From: Candidatus Kuenenia stuttgartensis
GTDB taxonomy: Bacteria > Planctomycetota > Planctomycetia > Pirellulales > UBA1268
NCBI GenBank assembly: GCA_945877135.1
Contig: CAMCQY010000005.1
Location: 1-60,922, forward strand
DNA length: 60,922 nt
Reading direction: 5' to 3'
Numbering within the stretch: position 1 is the stretch's first letter; each line of letters starts with the position of its first letter. The translations under genes and the position numbers were made by a program. The notes under the pieces were generated by a model, which was not told the origin of the DNA, did not search any database, and was given only the letters and a program-made list of their open reading frames with translations. Below are positions 10,710 to 20,068 of this stretch, in pieces.

Positions 10710-12200
10710 CTACGCAGCGGGCACAACCGGCGGATGTCGAGTGAGCTGCGAACTGGCCAGCGGCACGTGCTTCTGCCCAGCCCCCCTACGAAAGCCATAC
10801 ACGGCAAGGAGACCGGCCACCATGTGCATGGCTTCTGCAGAGCGTTCATGGAGCATGTAGGGAAGAGTCGCACCTCCCAACACGTTGTTGCTGATAACGG
10901 CGAGCCCCAGTACCGCCACGGCAACGTCGGTCTCCCGCGCGATGGCAGTCCTAGCGATCAGCACGGAGTGGCCCAAGACCAGGATGAGAATAGGTCCCGC
11001 CACCAGTCCATACCGCAACAGTGGATCGAGGAGAATGCTGTGCGTGCTGTATGGCCAGATCTGCTCCTTGCCGAGGGAACGGATCGCGAACTCCGGCGCC
11101 GGGTTGCCGCATAGCGTTGGGTTCTCTGCCAATGCCCGCATGGCACCCCACCAGATCGGACCACGATCCGAGAGAAGCTTGAACCTCATCCTATCGAAGG
11201 TTGTGCCTTGCCCTCCCCGGACCGTTTCGAACACATCTCGAGTCGGGTCGTGACACAATGCTGCATAAAAGAGCATGCTCAGCGCCACGGCGAGAAGTGC
11301 ACAAGTCAAACCTGTCACGACCGCCCATCGAAGGCTATTCCGTCCGAACAGGCCGAGACACATGCCTGCGATCGTATTCCAGGCCCAGAGTACGAGCAGC
11401 GTGAACGTCGCCTTCGCCGCGAAGGCAAAACCTACCAAGGAATAGGATGCCGCCCAAAGACACATCGGTATCCGGCCGCCCCCGAGAATCAGCAACGGCG
11501 CAAAGCTCCCGGCAATCGGCATGAGCACCCAGAGTTGCCGATTGTTGTACCGTATCGCTATCCCCGCCAACATCGTGAGCGTGCCCACCACCACGAATCC
11601 CTTGACCAACTGCATGAGCTGTCTTTTGGAGCATGCTGGCATCAGGAGTCCGTAGAAATACAGCCCAACGACACAGTATTCGCGTAGGGCACCGGTCCAG
11701 CCCCGCGACCCGTAGGCCGATGCCGCCGCAGCAACCACCAACAACATTCCGAGGAGGTAGAGGTTGTAAAGCCAGAACGGAAACTGCGCCCGTCTCGTCA
11801 CCCGCACAGACCACGCCGCGAAGAAGGTGCGGACAGCGTACAGGATGCAGGGGATGATGAACGCATATTGTTCGAATCCCGTCATCTGCTGCGTTAAGTC
11901 ATGGACATCGTCGAAGCCGCCGCCCCCACCCAGTTCAATCCGCAACTGCACGCACGACAACACGAATGGGATGATAATGTCGGGCTTCATCCGCCAGATC
12001 AGGTAACACGCAAACAGGCTCCGTACCCAGATTGACGACGGCAGATGCACCCACGACCACAAAACGTAAATGATTCCCAACGCGATCAGGTAGGGATTGA
12101 AGACGGATCCGTTGCCATCGACCGCCGTGGCAGGTCGATCGGGCCAGGAAGCCTGCCCCGCAAGTGACGGCAGTTGGAGGTGCACGGCGTCGGATGTCAT
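10710..12200 (-). CDS. O-antigen polymerase/ligase-like membrane protein (Wzy/WaaL-like)
   Basis: ~11-12 TM segments, large late periplasmic loop with DRxxIW and 'THS..L..L.RYG' motif; follows flippase; start uncertain (12200 or 12236). Confidence 0.7.
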   Translation of the reverse strand: MTSDAVHLQLPSLAGQASWPDRPATAVDGNGSVFNPYLIALGIIYVLWSWVHLPSSIWVRSLFACYLIWRMKPDIIIPFVLSCVQLRIELGGGGGFDDVHDLTQQMTGFEQYAFIIPCILYAVRTFFAAWSVRVTRRAQFPFWLYNLYLLGMLLVVAAAASAYGSRGWTGALREYCVVGLYFYGLLMPACSKRQLMQLVKGFVVVGTLTMLAGIAIRYNNRQLWVLMPIAGSFAPLLILGGGRIPMCLWAASYSLVGFAFAAKATFTLLVLWAWNTIAGMCLGLFGRNSLRWAVVTGLTCALLAVALSMLFYAALCHDPTRDVFETVRGGQGTTFDRMRFKLLSDRGPIWWGAMRALAENPTLCGNPAPEFAIRSLGKEQIWPYSTHSILLDPLLRYGLVAGPILILVLGHSVLIARTAIARETDVAVAVLGLAVISNNVLGGATLPYMLHERSAEAMHMVAGLLAVYGFRRGAGQKHVPLASSQLTRHPPVVPAA

Positions 12201-12219
12201 CGGAGGCAGACTCGCAAGA

Positions 12220-13764
12220 TTACGACCGCACCCCACTCACCCCCGGCGGCAATACCTGGCGCACCGCAGCCGGCAGAACGGCGTGGGCCACCTCGAGGAG
12301 CATCTGCCGCAGTGGCGGCGACCGCAGTGTGAGCACGAGGAGCGTGACACCTCCACAGACCGCGGCGACGAGCGGAATCTGCCATACATGAAGTGGAATC
12401 TCAGGCAGCATGCTAGCCGCGGTGAGACCGGCGATGATCAACGTGATGTCGACGACGAGCGCCAGCCACTCGGCGGTACGGATTGTGACTCCGGTAAATC
12501 TGGCCATGCCCACCAAGAGCAGAATCGTCGCGACGAGGGGCGTGGGCGTGGCAGCCACCGCCAGCCCCAGGCTGCCAAAGAGCGAGGCACCACACGCCAT
12601 CAGGGCGATACGGACCACTCCCTCGACACACATGAATCCGTGCGACTGGACGAGTTTGCCCGTGGAGCCAAACATGTACGACGCGAAGGCCAGGGCCGTG
12701 CTGGCGATGGCGGCCGTCGCGATTGCCAGCGTGAGCGGAGTGGGTAGGATGAAGTGTGCGCCCACCCAGGCCGCGAGAAACTGTCGCCGGACGCTCACGA
12801 AACTGATCGCCAGCGCCCCTGCCATGATGACGGTCAGACGCAGCGAGTTGAGGAACAGCCGGAACGCCGGCGGCCCCTGTTCGCGGGCCAGGAACCGCGT
12901 AAAGGCTGGCAGAAGCGCTCCACCAAAGGCGTTGGCGAGGCTCGTCGCCATCCCGGCCGGCCGTGCGGTGTTGGCATAGAGCGTGGCCGCACCGGGCCCC
13001 TGGTTCGTGCTTATACAGAGAACGTCGAACCCCGAAAGGACGGACTGCACCCACCGCACCGCCAGACTCGTGGTCCCGAGCATGGCGAAGGATCGACAGC
13101 GACCAAGATCCAGCATCGCCGTCTCACTCCCGACGGATTGGGCCAGAAAGGCGGCATTGTAGATGCCGAGGGGAACGAATGCCACGATCGCGCGGATGAC
13201 CAGGCCGGCGGCCAAACCAACCATGCCGAACCGCGGGACGAGCAGCCAGGTCGAGATAAGCCATGCCATAGGCGTGGCGATCCCGATGAGCCCATTGACG
13301 ATCGGCCGTAGTTGCGAGGTCGGCAGGGCGGTGAGGCTGACCGAGAATTGTGAAAGAATCGATGTACCGGCGATCGCTGCGGCCATGACAAGCTCGTGGC
13401 TCGAAGCCGCAAAGCTCTGCGGCGAGAGCTTCCCGGCGCCCAGCACGGTGCATAGAACGAGGAGGCCGCCCACGACAGACGACACCGCCGCCACGGCCAG
13501 ACCATTAAGAAGTTCCGCCTTCGCTTCTCCATTCCGCGCATGCTCAAGAGCGCGGCTGAGCCGAACGACCAACACCCCGCTCACGCCCATGTCGGCAAAG
13601 CCGCCGACAGCCGCCAGCGCCGTCAGCCCCAGCCAAGTGCCGTAACCATCATCGCCGAGGTGTCGGATCGCGATCGGCACGACCGCCAGACCACAAACGA
13701 TCTGGCAGGCCGTCGCCAAATAGTTGCATGCCAACGACGCGATGACGCTGACGTGCCGCGACAT
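12220..13764 (-). CDS. wzx: Wzx-type oligosaccharide flippase (MOP superfamily)
   Basis: P.AIRHLG...YGTW, ADMGV, ~13-14 TM; TGATG overlap with upstream GT. Confidence 0.8.
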   Translation of the reverse strand: MSRHVSVIASLACNYLATACQIVCGLAVVPIAIRHLGDDGYGTWLGLTALAAVGGFADMGVSGVLVVRLSRALEHARNGEAKAELLNGLAVAAVSSVVGGLLVLCTVLGAGKLSPQSFAASSHELVMAAAIAGTSILSQFSVSLTALPTSQLRPIVNGLIGIATPMAWLISTWLLVPRFGMVGLAAGLVIRAIVAFVPLGIYNAAFLAQSVGSETAMLDLGRCRSFAMLGTTSLAVRWVQSVLSGFDVLCISTNQGPGAATLYANTARPAGMATSLANAFGGALLPAFTRFLAREQGPPAFRLFLNSLRLTVIMAGALAISFVSVRRQFLAAWVGAHFILPTPLTLAIATAAIASTALAFASYMFGSTGKLVQSHGFMCVEGVVRIALMACGASLFGSLGLAVAATPTPLVATILLLVGMARFTGVTIRTAEWLALVVDITLIIAGLTAASMLPEIPLHVWQIPLVAAVCGGVTLLVLTLRSPPLRQMLLEVAHAVLPAAVRQVLPPGVSGVRS

Positions 13765-14900
13765 CAGGAATCCACCCGGGCGAGCGATGTCAGCGGGAGC
13801 CCCGCACCGGTCAGGAGGCTTTCGAACCGGGCCGCAGCCCACGTCGCCGACATCTGCGCGGAGGCATCAGCATTGATGGCGGCTCGGTCCTGCGGCTGGG
13901 CAGGACCTCTTGCGATCGCGTGTGCCAGCGCCGCACTGAGCGCCGCCGCACGGTCCGGCTGCACCACGCTGCCAAGCCGTGCGGACGACACGAGCACCGC
14001 CGCGCCGCACGCCGCCGTGCAAATCACCGGCGTGCCAGCCGCCAGAGACTCGTTGACGAGCGTTCCCCAGCCATCGAACCGGCTCGGCAGGACAGCACAG
14101 TCGGCCTGGCCCAGTGCCGACCGCACGGTGTCGTTGGAGACCACGCCATAAAAGGCGACCCGGTCGGCAAGCCCAAGGGTGCGGACCACCTGCTCAAGTC
14201 GCGGCCGCTCCGGCCCGTCGCCGTAGCAATCGAGACGCCAGCCGGTCGCGGGGAGTTCGCCGCAGGCCCGCAGGAGCAGGTCGATCCCCTTGCGATGAAT
14301 GAGCTGACCGGCCGACACGAAGCGGACAATGCCATCGCTCGCACGATCCGATGCCGCTGCAGCGAGCGGTGGAACGTCAAGAAAATAGCCAAATGGCACG
14401 ATCTTCTCTCTCGGAAAGCCGATCCGGCTGAAGAACTCGCAGCCCACTCCCCCGATCGCCAGCACGAATGCAAAACGGCGGGCCCAGCGGGCCGCGTGCA
14501 CCCTGCCCCGGAGCCGCTTGAGCCAGCCGGTCTGCCACGGCTGCTCGGGAGCCTCTGAAAAGATCGCCAGCCGGGCGGGAGTCCGAGCGAGTCTGCGGAA
14601 GCCGGCCCAGACCAGCGGATGTGAGAAGAAACCGGAAAACACGTGGAGCGATGCGGCGGTCGCATGTGCCGCCAAGGTTGCGTGATTGGCCGGTACGGAT
14701 ATGTCGACGACCTTCAAGTGCTTGTGGCTGGGCCTCTGCCAGCCCTGTGCTGATCGCTCCGGCGGCAGATCCCGCTCGACGCCGAGGATCACTTCCACTC
14801 CATAGTCAGCAGCGCACCGCTCAGCGACCGCTTCCAGAAACGCTTCCTGGTGCGGACTGGCGATCGGCTGCCAGAAGATGATGGTCGATCTCGGTTCCAA
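13764..14900 (-). CDS. Glycosyltransferase family 4
   Basis: GQLIHRKG, LPSRFDGWGTLVNESLAAGTPV. Confidence 0.9.
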   Translation of the reverse strand: MEPRSTIIFWQPIASPHQEAFLEAVAERCAADYGVEVILGVERDLPPERSAQGWQRPSHKHLKVVDISVPANHATLAAHATAASLHVFSGFFSHPLVWAGFRRLARTPARLAIFSEAPEQPWQTGWLKRLRGRVHAARWARRFAFVLAIGGVGCEFFSRIGFPREKIVPFGYFLDVPPLAAAASDRASDGIVRFVSAGQLIHRKGIDLLLRACGELPATGWRLDCYGDGPERPRLEQVVRTLGLADRVAFYGVVSNDTVRSALGQADCAVLPSRFDGWGTLVNESLAAGTPVICTAACGAAVLVSSARLGSVVQPDRAAALSAALAHAIARGPAQPQDRAAINADASAQMSATWAAARFESLLTGAGLPLTSLARVDS

Positions 14901-14916
14901 GAATGATTCGTCCGCA

Positions 14917-15666
14917 TCAGCGGATCAGCGGGCCCACGCGGCCCGGAGCGCCGTAGATGATCGACTCCGTCGGGGCGTCGGACAACGCACACGAATTGGC
15001 GCTCACCTTGCTGCGGGCTCCGATCCTCCTGCCCGGCCCGACCGAGGCGTGCAGCCCCATGAAGACGTCTTCGCCGATGTGAGCATTGCCGCCAAGCGTG
15101 GCATACGGGGAGAGCACTGCATAGTCGCAAGCCGACGCATCGTGGCCGAGAGAGGAGTGGTAGTTCATCAGAACGAACGCCCCGACCCGGGCCGAATCGC
15201 TCACGATTGCATAGGGACAGATGATGGCACCCTCGCCGATCGCCGCCGTGGGAGCCACGATGGCCGTCGGGTGAACCAGCTTCAGGAACTTCGCCTCTCG
15301 CGACATCAACGACTCCGCGACCTGCCGGCGCACGATCGGAATGCCGATGGCGAGCAACAAGGCGTCGCCGGCCTGTGGTTCGTAGCGGTCCGGGTCGCCA
15401 ATGATCTCGAGACTACCGTCATGACCTATGAGTCGATCGCGTTCTGCGGACAGAAAGCCGGCGATCCGCGACGCGTGCTCGGGCCAGACGTCGCGGGCCC
15501 ACTGCAGGACTTCGCGACCAAAGCCCCCGGCGCCGACGATGATGATCCGAGAGACCGCCGCCAGTTCACTCCTCTGCTCAGACCGACGCGAGGTCACGAC
15601 ACCAGCCTCCTCCGCCGGGCAGTCGCCGTGGAACGGCGCAGACTCCGTTCCTCTGGGTGACACCAT
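14917..15666 (-). CDS. NeuD/PglD-family sugar acyltransferase (left-handed beta-helix)
   Basis: IIIVGAGGFGRE, LAIG.P..R, HPTA, hexapeptide repeats, GHD; start uncertain. Confidence 0.88.
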   Translation of the reverse strand: MVSPRGTESAPFHGDCPAEEAGVVTSRRSEQRSELAAVSRIIIVGAGGFGREVLQWARDVWPEHASRIAGFLSAERDRLIGHDGSLEIIGDPDRYEPQAGDALLLAIGIPIVRRQVAESLMSREAKFLKLVHPTAIVAPTAAIGEGAIICPYAIVSDSARVGAFVLMNYHSSLGHDASACDYAVLSPYATLGGNAHIGEDVFMGLHASVGPGRRIGARSKVSANSCALSDAPTESIIYGAPGRVGPLIR

Positions 15667-15854
15667 GAGCTACTGATTTTTTGCTGTTTTTCCGGCACTC
15701 AAACCGAGCATACCCAGCTTTTCGCAAACGCACCCCCGGCGAGAACGACCAGTCCCTGCGGTGCACGGGCGAATAGCAACCGGTTATGCCGATTATCCGG
15801 TGATGGAATCGCGATCGGCCGCGCTGACGTGCCAGGACTGGGAGAAACCGTTGG

Positions 15855-16622
15855 TCATGCCGCAGAGCCACCGTCTACGGTCACCACCTGGCCGGTGATG
15901 AAGGCTGACCTCGGCCCGGTCAGAAACTCGATCGCGCCCACGACGTCAGCCGGCACACCCAATCGCCCCAGCGGTGTGCGACGGACAATTCGGGCTCGAT
16001 TTGCCTCCGACAGCGATGAAGAGAGGTCGGTTTCGAGAAATCCCGGCGCGACCGCGTTGACGCGAATGCCGCGGGGCCCCAGTTCGCGGGCCAGACTGCG
16101 GGCAAAGCCCTCGAGTCCGGCCTTCGTGGCCGCGTAGACCGCCAGACCGGGCGAGCCTCGCGACGCCACCACCGACGATACGACCACCACCGACGGCCCA
16201 ACGGCCGCGGCCCGCTCGTTGCCGACCGGGCGAACGAGCATCTGCCTGACACACTCGCGGACAAGCACGATCGATCCCCGCAGATTCACATCGAGCATCG
16301 CGTCGATCTCATCATCGCGGACGGTGGCGACCACGCCCTCGTGGGCCATGGCCGCATTGGCGATGCAATGATCGACCCCGCCGAAGCGAATGGCGGCACG
16401 CGCGACGAATCCCCTGATGGCTTCGGCATCGGCGGCATCGATCTGCTCGGCATGGAGCCGATCGGGATGGATCGCGGCAAGCGACTCGAGCGCCACCGAG
16501 CCCGACCGGGAAAACGTGGCCACGCAGTCGCCCCGCTCGAGCAATCGCTCGACGACCGCCAGACCCAGCCCCCGCGAGCCGCCAGAAATGATCGTGGTGG
16601 GAGGCATGTTTGCCGCGGTCAC
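15855..16622 (-). CDS. FabG-like 3-oxoacyl-ACP reductase (classical SDR)
   Basis: SGGSRGLG, YAATK, RVNAVAPGF..TD, TPLGRLG, ITGQ...VDGG. Confidence 0.88.
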   Translation of the reverse strand: MTAANMPPTTIISGGSRGLGLAVVERLLERGDCVATFSRSGSVALESLAAIHPDRLHAEQIDAADAEAIRGFVARAAIRFGGVDHCIANAAMAHEGVVATVRDDEIDAMLDVNLRGSIVLVRECVRQMLVRPVGNERAAAVGPSVVVVSSVVASRGSPGLAVYAATKAGLEGFARSLARELGPRGIRVNAVAPGFLETDLSSSLSEANRARIVRRTPLGRLGVPADVVGAIEFLTGPRSAFITGQVVTVDGGSAA

Positions 16623-17983
16623 GCCGGGCGGCGAGGCACCTTGCCCGCGGGATTCGTCGCGATCTTGCGCACGATGTCGAGAATGCGAGGAACGCTCTGC
16701 GGCTCGAGGCCGCTGCGGCAGGCCGTAAGCGCCGCGGCCCGGATGCTCTCGGGCGACGACTGTGCTGGCAGTGGATCAACCAGCACGGCCTCCGCAGCGA
16801 CGAGTTCACCGGTGATGGCACTGGGCATCCCGTAGACGCGGGCATCGGCGATCCCAGGCACGCCGCGGAGCAATTCCTCGACCCGCCGCGGAAACACCTT
16901 CGCCCCACCCACCACGATCACGTCGCTGCGACGGCCGGTGAACTCGTACCGATCGCCCCGCTTTTCCACGAGGTCGCCCGTCGCCACTTCAGCCGTATCC
17001 CGAGACAGCTGCACGAGCAGTTCGCCATCGCGACGCATTCCAAGCCGGGCGCCGCCCGCCAGGGAACGGCCCAGCCAATTGGACGGAAATCCGGCGAGTC
17101 CATCGGTCACGCGAAACACCTCGCCCAGTTCCGTCGTCGCATACACCTGCGTGATCTTGGCACCCGGAAATGCCGCGCGGGCCTGTTCGAGCAGCGGGCC
17201 TTCCGCCGCCTCGCCGCCGAGCGTGATCCGGTCGAGGCGTGCCTGCGCGAGGAGCGAGCGATCGCCCGATGTCAGCAGCCGTCGCAACAGCGTGGGTGTC
17301 GCGGGCAGGACCGTGGCCTGCTCATCGAGGATCGCCCGGAGCACCGCATCGGGATCGCGTGACGCCGGCACGACCAGCCGGCCGCCCGTGAGCAGCGACT
17401 GCAGCCAGACCTGGATCCCTGCCCAGCGCGTGGAGTCATACACCAGAATCCAGCCCAGCCCGTGCCATTGCTCGGCCAGCCGCGCGGCGGCGAGGAGCGA
17501 ATCCCAGGAATGCTCGACCAGCTTCGGCGGACCACTCGTGCCGGAGGTCGCAACCACCACGTGCGTGGCCACCGCCTCAAACTCCCGCCGCTGGGCACCA
17601 GGCTCCGCGGCGATCGACAGGGAGTCGTCGATCGTGACCCAGTCGCGGAGTTCACCGCTCAGGTCGCGAGAGTCCTCTGCCAGAAACGCCACGGGCACAT
17701 GCTGCCGGCCACAGGCGGCGGCGATGACGACGAGCGACTCGACTCGCTTGGCCCGCGCGACGATGCCCACGGGCCGTACGGTGTCGAGCGTTGCTTCGAG
17801 CTTCGTGATCGCGGCAGTGAGGGTGGCGTAGTCGATCGTACGGCTCGAATCACCTCCGGCTCCGGCCACGATCGCGGTGCGATCCGGAAACTGGCGTGCG
17901 ACCTCGGAGATCGCGAACGCGAGCCGGTCTTCAGCCGGCGCGTCGGCGAGATGGCTGGGGGAGGTTTGCGTGTTTGTGTTCAT
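16619..17983 (-). CDS. Acyl-CoA/acyl-ACP ligase (ANL adenylate-forming enzyme)
   Basis: TSGTSGPPK, YATTE, TGDL, FTGRRSD..VGGAKV.P..VEE, NPAGKV. Confidence 0.88.
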   Translation of the reverse strand: MNTNTQTSPSHLADAPAEDRLAFAISEVARQFPDRTAIVAGAGGDSSRTIDYATLTAAITKLEATLDTVRPVGIVARAKRVESLVVIAAACGRQHVPVAFLAEDSRDLSGELRDWVTIDDSLSIAAEPGAQRREFEAVATHVVVATSGTSGPPKLVEHSWDSLLAAARLAEQWHGLGWILVYDSTRWAGIQVWLQSLLTGGRLVVPASRDPDAVLRAILDEQATVLPATPTLLRRLLTSGDRSLLAQARLDRITLGGEAAEGPLLEQARAAFPGAKITQVYATTELGEVFRVTDGLAGFPSNWLGRSLAGGARLGMRRDGELLVQLSRDTAEVATGDLVEKRGDRYEFTGRRSDVIVVGGAKVFPRRVEELLRGVPGIADARVYGMPSAITGELVAAEAVLVDPLPAQSSPESIRAAALTACRSGLEPQSVPRILDIVRKIATNPAGKVPRRPA

Positions 17984-18050
17984 CTGAAACTGGGTTCCTC
18001 AAAGGTTCCGCCGGCTTCAATAATAAGAAATGATGTGGAGAAAGACACGT

Positions 18051-18359
18051 TCAGGGTTGGCCTGGCGAGGGCTGGAAAGGGGCGTATTGACGATAAATGC
18101 CCACCAGATCAGCCACCGTGCGGATCGCAGGGCGTGCCGTGCCCTTATTGGGGGCCTGGGCCGGGGCCCGGAAGGGATCCACCCCGAGGGATCGCTCCAG
18201 CAGCACGATGGTCTGAGCCAGGTCGAGCGAATCGAGACCGATGTCGGCAGCGAGTAGCATGCCCGGCTCCACGGCGGCCGGCTCCCGGCCGGTGTCATGG
18301 AGAACCTGACGGATGGCGGCAACGACGGCAGACATGACCGTATCGGACGCGGACGTCAT
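18051..18359 (-). CDS. Acyl carrier protein
   Basis: C-terminal part of ORF 18051..18893: IGLDSLD phosphopantetheine site, RTVADLV; ATGA overlap with sugar transferase stop. Confidence 0.85.
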   Translation of the reverse strand: MTSASDTVMSAVVAAIRQVLHDTGREPAAVEPGMLLAADIGLDSLDLAQTIVLLERSLGVDPFRAPAQAPNKGTARPAIRTVADLVGIYRQYAPFQPSPGQP

Positions 18360-18982
18360 GGGCGAAACTCCTGCATCGTGGCGGACCCCGGTGCCGATAC
18401 CCCCCGGCCGGAGACCGCCTGCCAGACGACTTGAAACGCCGTGGACACGATGATCCAGAGGTCCACCAGCGGCCAGTACCAGTGGCTCAACATATCGACG
18501 TAGTGCGCGTCGTACTCCAGCCGCTCGGGCCAATCCACCCCATTCCGACCATGGATCTGCGCCCACCCCGTCAGGCCCGGCCGCACCCGCAACCGCATGC
18601 CCTGCCGCGGCGAATACCGCGGCACGTAGGCAAGCGGCAATGGCCGGGGCCCCACCACACTCATGTCGCCCACCAACACGCTGACCAACTGCGGAAGTTC
18701 GTCGAGGCTCGAACGCCGCAGGAACTTCCCGAAGGCCCCGAGCCGTTCGGCATCGGGCAGTGGCCTCCCTGCGGCATCGACGGCCTGCCGCATCGACCGG
18801 AACTTGAGGATGCGGATCGGCCGCCCATCCTTGCCTGCCCGCAGGTCTTGGAAGAACACCGGCCGTCCCATCACCAGCCTCACGGTGATCCACACCGCGG
18901 CCAGCACCGGCACGAGCAGGACCAGCGCCGTCGCTGCGATCACGACATCTCCCAACCGCTTAAGCCATGGAAAACAGATCAT
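18356..18982 (-). CDS. PglC-like monotopic phosphoglycosyl transferase (Bac_transf)
   Basis: KR..D, KFRSM, LRRSSLDELPQL, GDMSVVGPRP, VRPGLTGWAQIHGRN. Confidence 0.93.
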   Translation of the reverse strand: MICFPWLKRLGDVVIAATALVLLVPVLAAVWITVRLVMGRPVFFQDLRAGKDGRPIRILKFRSMRQAVDAAGRPLPDAERLGAFGKFLRRSSLDELPQLVSVLVGDMSVVGPRPLPLAYVPRYSPRQGMRLRVRPGLTGWAQIHGRNGVDWPERLEYDAHYVDMLSHWYWPLVDLWIIVSTAFQVVWQAVSGRGVSAPGSATMQEFRP

Positions 18983-20034
18983 GTGGCCACCCGGGCGGCG
19001 CGTCGTTCCGCGACCATCACGAGCCCGACCAACACGGCTGCCATCACCAGTGGAGTGACCGCGGCAACCTGATCGGCAGCCCGTCGCACCGTGGGATCGA
19101 CCAGCGGCACCACGGCCAGTGTCGCGCCAAACGCCGCCATCCCGCCATAGAGGCTCGCCACGGCGCGGTGCGACCAGCCGGCGATGAGGAGCCGCTGATA
19201 GAGATGGCTGCGATGCGCCTGAAAAATGTTCTCGCCCGCCCAGAGCCGCCGCAGCAGCGTCAGCGAGGTGTCGAAGAGGAACGGCCAGAGAGCGAGGGCC
19301 GCCACCGGCAGGACCTCGGGCACGGCGTCAGCCCGCACCGCCAGTGGCAACACCGCCAGCAGAAACCCACAGAAGGCGCTCCCCACGTCGCCCATGAAAA
19401 TGCGGGCCGGATGCCAGTTGCTCGCGAGAAATCCAAGCGCAGCACCCGCGAAGGCCGCCGCGATCACCGCCACCGGCCCCGCGCCGCAGGCTGCCGCCGC
19501 GACCGCAATCCCGCCCGCCACCGCGGCCGCCGTGATTCCCGCGATGCCGTCGCTGCCATCCATGAAGTTGAAGGCATTGGTCAGGCCCACGATCCAGAGC
19601 AGCGTCAGCGGCCATGCCAGTGGCCCGAAGCGGATCATGCCCAGCGAGCCGAGATCGACTCGTGTCACCGGCCCGAGCACCGCCACAGCCGCCATGGCCG
19701 CCGCCAGATGCACGGCGAACCGGGTGCGGTTTCGCAGCGACTGCACATCGTCGAGCCAGCTTACGGCAGCGATCGCCAGAGCCGGCACGACGGCGCCGCC
19801 GACGCGCAGGAGTTCCTCCGGCCTCATGACTCCGATCACCCCAGCCACCGCGACGACGACCGCGACGATCGCCAGGCCACCCCCTCGCGGCGTGCTCCGC
19901 GTGTGACTGCTGCGGGCATTGGGCGTATCGATGATGCCCTTCGCGGTCGTCCATTCGATCAGACCACGGGTCAGCACCGCCGCTGCCGCGACCGCGGCGA
20001 TGCACCACGCGATCCAGAGACCGATCGTTGTCAT
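18979..20034 (-). CDS. Polytopic undecaprenyl-phosphate HexNAc-1-P transferase (WecA/WbpL-like)
   Basis: DTPNARSSH...TPRGGG, LDD, NAFNFMDGSDG, IFMGDVGS, AHRSHLYQ. Confidence 0.92.
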   Translation of the reverse strand: MTTIGLWIAWCIAAVAAAAVLTRGLIEWTTAKGIIDTPNARSSHTRSTPRGGGLAIVAVVVAVAGVIGVMRPEELLRVGGAVVPALAIAAVSWLDDVQSLRNRTRFAVHLAAAMAAVAVLGPVTRVDLGSLGMIRFGPLAWPLTLLWIVGLTNAFNFMDGSDGIAGITAAAVAGGIAVAAAACGAGPVAVIAAAFAGAALGFLASNWHPARIFMGDVGSAFCGFLLAVLPLAVRADAVPEVLPVAALALWPFLFDTSLTLLRRLWAGENIFQAHRSHLYQRLLIAGWSHRAVASLYGGMAAFGATLAVVPLVDPTVRRAADQVAAVTPLVMAAVLVGLVMVAERRAARVAT

Positions 20035-20068
20035 CGTTCGCTTGTCACCTGCGGTGGCCTCGTGACGG

